A stretch of 64,000 nt of DNA. Source: an uncultured Gemmatimonadaceae bacterium (GTDB lineage Bacteria; Gemmatimonadota; Gemmatimonadetes; Gemmatimonadales; Gemmatimonadaceae). Of this stretch, positions 58,622-64,000 are shown in pieces (the first letter of the stretch is position 1; every line of letters begins with the position of its first letter). The notes beneath the pieces were generated by a model. It saw only the letters and a list, made by a program, of their open reading frames with translations, made no database searches and had not been told where the DNA came from. The position numbers and the translations under genes were made by a program. The DNA is taken from the NCBI GenBank assembly GCA_963761305.1, contig CAVXGK010000001.1:1120001-1184000 (forward strand), in the 5' to 3' direction.

Positions 58622-60882
58622 CCGGATTTCATCGCCTGCCCGCCGATGACGTTCGCCGACTGATCGCCACGAGAATGCTCGGCGGGCGAGAGAGCGGTGC
58701 CTCGCGAACGCTCGGCCGGATCACGCTTCGGTCTCATCAGCTCGACGCCGCAGGCCGGCTCATCGCGATGATCGAGCGCGACGGAGGCGCGATGCTCGCC
58801 GAGCCGGTTGGACTCGGCAAGACGTACACCGCGCTCGCCGTCGCCGCGCGCCTCGGAGTCCGGCGAATCGTCGTCGCGATTCCGGCCGCGCTTCGCGAGA
58901 TGTGGCTCGCCGCGATGCGCGAGTGCGACGTGGACGCCTCGCTCGTCACGCACGAGGCGCTGAGTCGATCCGCGTCGTCGATAGTCGAGCCCGAGCTGGT
59001 GATCGTCGACGAGGCGCATCGACTGCGAAATCCGGGTACGAAGCGCTATTCGTCCGTCGCCGATCTCTGCGCGCGAGCGCGCGTTCTACTCGTGACCGCC
59101 ACGCCGGTGCAGAACGCGCGCGACGACCTCGCCGCGCAGCTCGCGTTGTTCCTCGGCCGTGAAGCGTGGGCGCTGAGCGACACGGAGATCGCGCGCTACG
59201 TCGTGCGCGGAGTCCGCGCCGACGCCGGCGAGATGCCACGCCTCGACGGTCCTCACGTCGTGCCGCTCGCGAGCGATGACGATTGCGTCGACGCGCTGCT
59301 CGCATTGCCGCCGCCGGCTCCAGCCAAGGATGAATCGACGGCGGCCGCCCTGCTCCTCTACGGCCTGGTGCACCAATGGACGTCGAGCCGCGCCGCGCTG
59401 GTCGCTGCGCTCGAGCGACGCTTGGCGCGCGGAGTCGCGCTGACGAGCGTTCTCGAGACAGGCCGCTATCCGACGCGCGCCGAGTTGGCCGCGTGGACGT
59501 GGTCCGGCGACGCGCTGCAGCTCGCGTTCCCGGAAATCATGACGCGTGCGACGACGACGGACAACGAGGACGTCGCCGGCTTGCTCGGTGCGGTGCACGC
59601 GCATCAGACCGCCATCGCGTCGCTCGTCGAGCGTCTTCGTCGCGAACCGGATCCTGACGACGCTCGGGCCGCGGCCATCCGGGAGATACGCCGCCGTCAC
59701 ACGCGCGAGCGAATCATCGCGTTTTGTCACTACGCCGAGACAGTGCGCGCGTTCTGGGCGCGGCTCGGTCGCGACGCGGGAGTCGCCGCGCTGACCTCGT
59801 CCGGCGCACGCGTGGCAAGCGGTCGCATCAGCCGAGCGTCGGTCCTCGAGCAATTCACGCCGCGAGCGGGCGGCGGAGACACGCCGCCCGCCGAGCGAAT
59901 CGACCTGCTCATCACCACCGACGTGTTGAGTGAAGGCTTGAACCTGCACGCGGCGTCGGTGGTCGTGCACCTCGACTATCCGTGGAACCCGGCGCGCTTG
60001 GATCAGCGTGTCGGCCGCGTGCGGCGCTTGGGTTCGCGACACGGCACGGTGACGGTGTACGCGCTCGCGCCGCCCGCATCCGGTGAGCGGCTGTTGCGGA
60101 TCGACGAACGGTTGCGCGACAAGCTGCGCGTCGCGGAGCGAACGATCGGCGTCGCCGGTCACATCCTTCCGTCTCTCGTCACGCCGGCGGTCGACCACCG
60201 CGGGAGCGCCGAAGCGGCGAGCGACGTGCGGGCCTCGCTTCGGTGTTGGCTCGACCACGGCTCGAGCATGCCGGCGCGCGCGACCGAAAGCGACGGTGAG
60301 CCCGCGGTCGCCGCCGTCGAGAGTGACGTTGCCGGCCTGCTCGCGCTGATCGTCAAAGGCAACGATTTCCAGCTGGTCGCCGACGTGGGACGCGGCCTAA
60401 ACGCCTCGCCGGCGACGATTCACGCGGCGCTTGGCGCCGCGCGCGGGCCGTCGGGCCGCGTCGACGACGCGGAGATCGGCGACGGCATTCAGCGACTGCA
60501 GCGCTGGCTCGGAGCGCGCTTCGGCGCATCGACCGTCGATCTGCCTTCGGCCACCGCCTCTCCCGCTCGGCGCGTCGCCCTCGCACGCGTGGCGCGCGCG
60601 TTGTCGCGCGCCCCCCGCCATCGACGCGCGCTCCTTGCGCCGCTGGTCCACGCGGCGCGATCGGTGGCCGTCGCGCCGCTCGCCGAAGGCGCGGAGCGCG
60701 TGCTCGACTCGCTCGTCGAATCCGACCTCCCCGACGAAGCATGGCTGCGGTCGATCGCGGCGTTTGGTGAATTGAACGTTCGGCCCGAGTCGGCGCGTCG
60801 CCACGGCACGGAGCGGGGTCGCGTCGTCGCCATGCTTCTTCTCGTCGTGCGGTCGTCTGACCGACCGGACTCGAGGGCGTGA
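58618..60882 (+). CDS. SNF2-like SF2 helicase
   Basis: AEPVGLGKT, IVDEAH, TATPVQN, TDVLSEGLNL, PWNPARLDQRVGR; GTGA overlap with the MTase. Confidence 0.9.
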   Translation: MTGFHRLPADDVRRLIATRMLGGRESGASRTLGRITLRSHQLDAAGRLIAMIERDGGAMLAEPVGLGKTYTALAVAARLGVRRIVVAIPAALREMWLAAMRECDVDASLVTHEALSRSASSIVEPELVIVDEAHRLRNPGTKRYSSVADLCARARVLLVTATPVQNARDDLAAQLALFLGREAWALSDTEIARYVVRGVRADAGEMPRLDGPHVVPLASDDDCVDALLALPPPAPAKDESTAAALLLYGLVHQWTSSRAALVAALERRLARGVALTSVLETGRYPTRAELAAWTWSGDALQLAFPEIMTRATTTDNEDVAGLLGAVHAHQTAIASLVERLRREPDPDDARAAAIREIRRRHTRERIIAFCHYAETVRAFWARLGRDAGVAALTSSGARVASGRISRASVLEQFTPRAGGGDTPPAERIDLLITTDVLSEGLNLHAASVVVHLDYPWNPARLDQRVGRVRRLGSRHGTVTVYALAPPASGERLLRIDERLRDKLRVAERTIGVAGHILPSLVTPAVDHRGSAEAASDVRASLRCWLDHGSSMPARATESDGEPAVAAVESDVAGLLALIVKGNDFQLVADVGRGLNASPATIHAALGAARGPSGRVDDAEIGDGIQRLQRWLGARFGASTVDLPSATASPARRVALARVARALSRAPRHRRALLAPLVHAARSVAVAPLAEGAERVLDSLVESDLPDEAWLRSIAAFGELNVRPESARRHGTERGRVVAMLLLVVRSSDRPDSRA

Positions 60883-60948
60883 AGGTTGCGTCTAGTCGAG
60901 CTACCTTTGCGGCCCGCGGTTTGGTCTCATCGATCTCGACTCCCCCGA

Positions 60949-61917
60949 ATGCAATACACGACGCTCGGCAACACCGGCCTCACGGTTTCGCGCCTGTGCC
61001 TCGGCTGCATGACCTACGGCGACCCACGGTGGCGCACCTGGGTGCTCGACGAGGGCGAAGCACAGCCGTTCATCCGTCGCGCGCTCGATCGGGGCATCAA
61101 CTTCTTCGACACGGCGGACATGTACTCGCTCGGCATGAGCGAGGAGGTCACGGGCCGCGCGTTGCGCTCGATGGCGAAGCTCGAGGAGATCGTCATCGCC
61201 ACCAAAGTGTTCTGGCCGATGAGCGACGCGCCGAACAGGAAGGGGTTGTCGCGAAAACACATCGTCCAGTCGTGCGAAGCCAGCTTGCGGCGGCTCGGCG
61301 TCGAGACGATCGATCTGTATCAGATCCATCGCTTTGACCGCTCGACGCCGATCGACGAAACCCTCGGCGCCCTCGAGCATCTCGTGCACCAGGGCAAGGT
61401 GCGTTACATCGGCGCGAGTTCGGGCTACGCGTGGGAGCTGATGCGCGCGCTCAGCGTCTCCGAACGAAACGGGTGGGCGCGATTCGTGTCGATGCAGCCG
61501 CAGTACAACCTGCTCTACCGCGAGGAGGAGCGTGAGATGATCCCGCTCTGCCACGCGGAAGGCCTTGGGCTCATTCCGTGGTCACCGCTGGCGCGCGGCG
61601 TGCTCACTCGTCCGCGCGAAAAGACCAAGGGCTCAACGGTTCGCTCCGACACCGATGTGCACGCCGACCGGCTCTACGCGGACGCCAACTGGGAGATCGT
61701 GGACGTCGTCGAGACGATCGCCGACAAGCGAGGTATCTCGATGGCGCAGGTCGCGCTGGCATGGGTGCTGTCGAAGCCCGACGTCACAGCGCCCATCATC
61801 GGCGCAACGCGCATCGAACATCTCGACGAGGCGTTCGCGGCACTCGAGGTCAACCTCAGCGAGGACGAGATCAAAGCTCTCGAGTCGCCGTACACGCCAA
61901 AGGCGGTCAACTTCTAG
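60949..61917 (+). CDS. Aldo/keto reductase
   Basis: LCLGCMTYG, FDTADMYS, IDLYQIHR, PWSPLARG. Confidence 0.95.
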   Translation: MQYTTLGNTGLTVSRLCLGCMTYGDPRWRTWVLDEGEAQPFIRRALDRGINFFDTADMYSLGMSEEVTGRALRSMAKLEEIVIATKVFWPMSDAPNRKGLSRKHIVQSCEASLRRLGVETIDLYQIHRFDRSTPIDETLGALEHLVHQGKVRYIGASSGYAWELMRALSVSERNGWARFVSMQPQYNLLYREEEREMIPLCHAEGLGLIPWSPLARGVLTRPREKTKGSTVRSDTDVHADRLYADANWEIVDVVETIADKRGISMAQVALAWVLSKPDVTAPIIGATRIEHLDEAFAALEVNLSEDEIKALESPYTPKAVNF

Positions 61918-61932
61918 CGTCGGCCGGCGGCT

Positions 61933-62427
61933 CTACTCCTCGAGGGCGGGTTCGTACTCTGAATGACCGCGCGGCTTTTCGTGCTGCTCGAGCATGCGCG
62001 CGCACGTGTTCCAGCGCAGGATCGCTTCGTCGTTGCCGGCGGGCCGGATTTTTTCCGCTTTCTCGTACCAGGTCATCGCTTCGCGAAACCACTCCGCGGC
62101 GACCTGCGACGAGCCTAGCGCTCCGCGATGTAATTGCGCACGCGCGCGACGCTCGCAGATGATGCCCGAGTAGTAGAGCCGTTCGTATTCGTCCTCGAGT
62201 CGCGGCAGCACCTCGCGCGCGCGACTCACGCCGCCCGCCATGTCCTCGGCGAACTGGTCGGTGATCGACAACAACAACGAGATCAGCGCTGCCTGATTCT
62301 TCGGATCGATCGCCAGCACGTCGAGGCAAATGCTTTCGGCGGCCGACGACTCGTTGAGCAGCCGATAGCGTTCCGCCTTTTCCAGGGCGGCTGGAATGCC
62401 TTCGCGAGTGATCGGTTTGAGTTGCAC
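61933..62427 (-). CDS. Conserved hypothetical helical (TPR-like) protein
   Basis: ALEKAERYRLLN...AESIC...YYSGIICERR...LRWNTCAR. Confidence 0.8.
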   Translation of the reverse strand: MQLKPITREGIPAALEKAERYRLLNESSAAESICLDVLAIDPKNQAALISLLLSITDQFAEDMAGGVSRAREVLPRLEDEYERLYYSGIICERRARAQLHRGALGSSQVAAEWFREAMTWYEKAEKIRPAGNDEAILRWNTCARMLEQHEKPRGHSEYEPALEE

Positions 62428-62470
62428 GAGTCTAGTGGCGCAACGCCGCGCGTGAAGCCATCTCTAAGGT

Positions 62471-62842
62471 ATGACGGAGGCTCGGCCCGAGCCATCGCTC
62501 GCGGATCTCTGGCGGCGTCTCGCCCGCCAAGCGACGGACACTCAGCTGGCCGTCTGCGCTGCGCTGCTGCCCGTCACGATCGGCGCGTGCATCGTCGTCG
62601 CACTCGCCCGTCCGCAGTGGACGCTGCGCTGGTGGCCTATCACTGCCCTGCCGTTGCTCGTCGCCGCATTTGGGATCTGGGGAATCGGCGATCGCGAGCT
62701 CACCACGTCTGGGGCCGGCGCGTCGCGGACACGATGGGGATGGCGGTCAATCGAGGCCGCCGCATTTGGGATCGCAGTTCTGTCCGCCGCCGTGATCGCC
62801 TTGTGGTTCCTGGTCCGCGTGGTCGGAACCTGGATCAGTTAG
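62471..62842 (+). CDS. Hypothetical membrane protein
   Basis: Three hydrophobic segments; fills the gap between genes. Confidence 0.6.
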   Translation: MTEARPEPSLADLWRRLARQATDTQLAVCAALLPVTIGACIVVALARPQWTLRWWPITALPLLVAAFGIWGIGDRELTTSGAGASRTRWGWRSIEAAAFGIAVLSAAVIALWFLVRVVGTWIS

Positions 62843-63225
62843 ATATTCCGCACCTGAATGCCCATCTTGCGCGCGGCGGCCCCGAGCTTGACGTCGTACG
62901 TCGCCAACTCGATGTGCTGTCCTTGCGATCGCAAGAAATCCATCGATGCAAGGTGCAGCGCGTCCAGCGTGCGCACCGGTGCTGAGAACGTCTCGAGCGC
63001 GCGCAGGAGAACCGGACGGGCCAACTCGAGAAAGGCGATGCGCGCCGTCAATTCGCCGATCTGCGCCGCATGTGATGCGCCGAGGCCACGCGCGTTCGCC
63101 CGCGTCCACAACTCGAACTCGAGAAGCCGACTGGAGACCAGCGGCTCCGACCATAGTGATGGCGCTGGCGTTCGGTCTTCGGCAAACAGCTGCGCCAGCG
63201 CCACCGAGGTGTCGAGATAGATCAT
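62839..63225 (-). CDS. vapC: PIN-domain toxin
   Basis: MIYLDTS, RTLDALHLAS, TYD; ATGA overlap with the antitoxin. Confidence 0.88.
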   Translation of the reverse strand: MIYLDTSVALAQLFAEDRTPAPSLWSEPLVSSRLLEFELWTRANARGLGASHAAQIGELTARIAFLELARPVLLRALETFSAPVRTLDALHLASMDFLRSQGQHIELATYDVKLGAAARKMGIQVRNI

Positions 63226-63512
63226 CGATCGCCCCGATCGTCGGCCAATTCCTGGAGCAACTGTGCGAGCGGGGCGATGGGCGAACGCGGCGGTGCACCG
63301 GCCGCGACCATGGTGGGCGGCGTGACCCACCCTTGCCGCACCGCCTCGGCCAGTTGGGCATCGGCCAGCCAGGCGCTGCGCCCTTCGCGCGGCGGAACCA
63401 GTTCGGCGACGACGCGATCGCGGTCGGTGATCAGCACGGTCTCCCCCCCCGCGACGAGCCGGACGTATTCGCTGAGCTTGTTCTTGAGGATCTTGAGGCC
63501 GACGGCTCGCAT
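63222..63512 (-). CDS. Phd/YefM family antitoxin
   Basis: VGLKILKNKLSEYVRLVAGGETVLITDR..VAEL. Confidence 0.9.
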   Translation of the reverse strand: MRAVGLKILKNKLSEYVRLVAGGETVLITDRDRVVAELVPPREGRSAWLADAQLAEAVRQGWVTPPTMVAAGAPPRSPIAPLAQLLQELADDRGDR

Positions 63513-63520
63513 GCCATAAA

Positions 63521-63538
63521 GTAGCTCCCAGAAGCTAC
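63521..63538. promoter_or_regulatory. TA operon autoregulatory palindrome
   Basis: GTAGCT-CCCAGA-AGCTAC, 9 bp upstream of the antitoxin start. Confidence 0.6.
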
Positions 63539-63694
63539 CTTCGTCAACCCTAGAAATAACTGGAGGAGCGCCGCGCGGGTGTGCCATGCGGCCCAATCTA
63601 GGGATTTGGCGACAGCCGTCCACCATTGATCGTTTGCGAGGCGGACCAGTCTTCCGCGAGCCCGGTCGGCTACCGACGCCGCGCGTGACGACCG

Positions 63695-64000
63695 CTACGT
63701 ATCTCCGCGCCGCCGCCTGCTGTAGATCTTCACCAGCTTACCGATCGGATCGAAGAACTCGTCGACCACGCGCTCCTTGAGCGGGATGATCGCGTTGTCG
63801 GTGATCGTGATGTGCTCCGGGCACACCTTGGTGCAACACTTGGTGATGTTGCAGTAGCCGATGCCGTGTTCCTTGCGCAACGCGGGAACGCGATCGGCGA
63901 CGTCGAGCGGATGCATCTCCAACGCCGCGGCGTACACCAGGAAGCGCGGTCCGATGAACTCGTCGTGCTTCTGGTGGTCGCGCAGGACGTGGCACACGTC
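63695..64000 (-). CDS. sdhB: Succinate dehydrogenase/fumarate reductase Fe-S subunit (3' part, truncated by the window edge)
   Basis: VCHVLR, FIGPRF, CNITKCCTKVCPEHI. Confidence 0.85.
   Translation of the reverse strand, partial: DVCHVLRDHQKHDEFIGPRFLVYAAALEMHPLDVADRVPALRKEHGIGYCNITKCCTKVCPEHITITDNAIIPLKERVVDEFFDPIGKLVKIYSRRRRGDT

Noticed and set aside
55421..60882. Complete DISARM or BREX system
   Set aside because: No drmABC, pglZ or brxC-like genes flank the pair.

Overview
High-GC bacterial chromosomal segment of about 55 genes. The gene content (SARP/BTAD-TPR membrane regulator, carboxypeptidase-domain TonB receptor, GxxExxY gene) suggests Gemmatimonadota; this assignment is an inference. 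Most of the window is ordinary metabolism, transport and regulation: two amidases, an arylsulfatase, a GltD-like oxidoreductase with korAB, an acyl-CoA dehydrogenase, mntH-usp-mntR, ABC systems, a two-component system with a TonB receptor, an aldo/keto reductase, vapBC and a partial sdhB. I found no rRNA, tRNA, CRISPR array or transposase. The standout is a translationally coupled minus-strand operon at 33355-37504. Its 372-aa membrane protein carries both PmoC/AmoC copper-site motifs with exact spacing and continues into PmoA-like helices. It is followed by a protein with PmoB-like topology and a predicted mature N-terminal His, and then by SURF1. This is a candidate divergent copper-membrane-monooxygenase-like system. 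Other notable items are a nucleotidyltransferase-fold/wHTH gene coupled to a UvrA paralog, an N6-MTase plus SNF2-helicase pair with no recognisable nuclease, a reversed DUF2442-DUF4160 fusion, a REP-like palindrome family next to a GxxExxY gene, an in-frame octamer repeat in korA, two small disordered proteins with sigma-54-like promoters, and several pseudogenes or remnants. All family calls come from motif recognition by eye; no database search was run.
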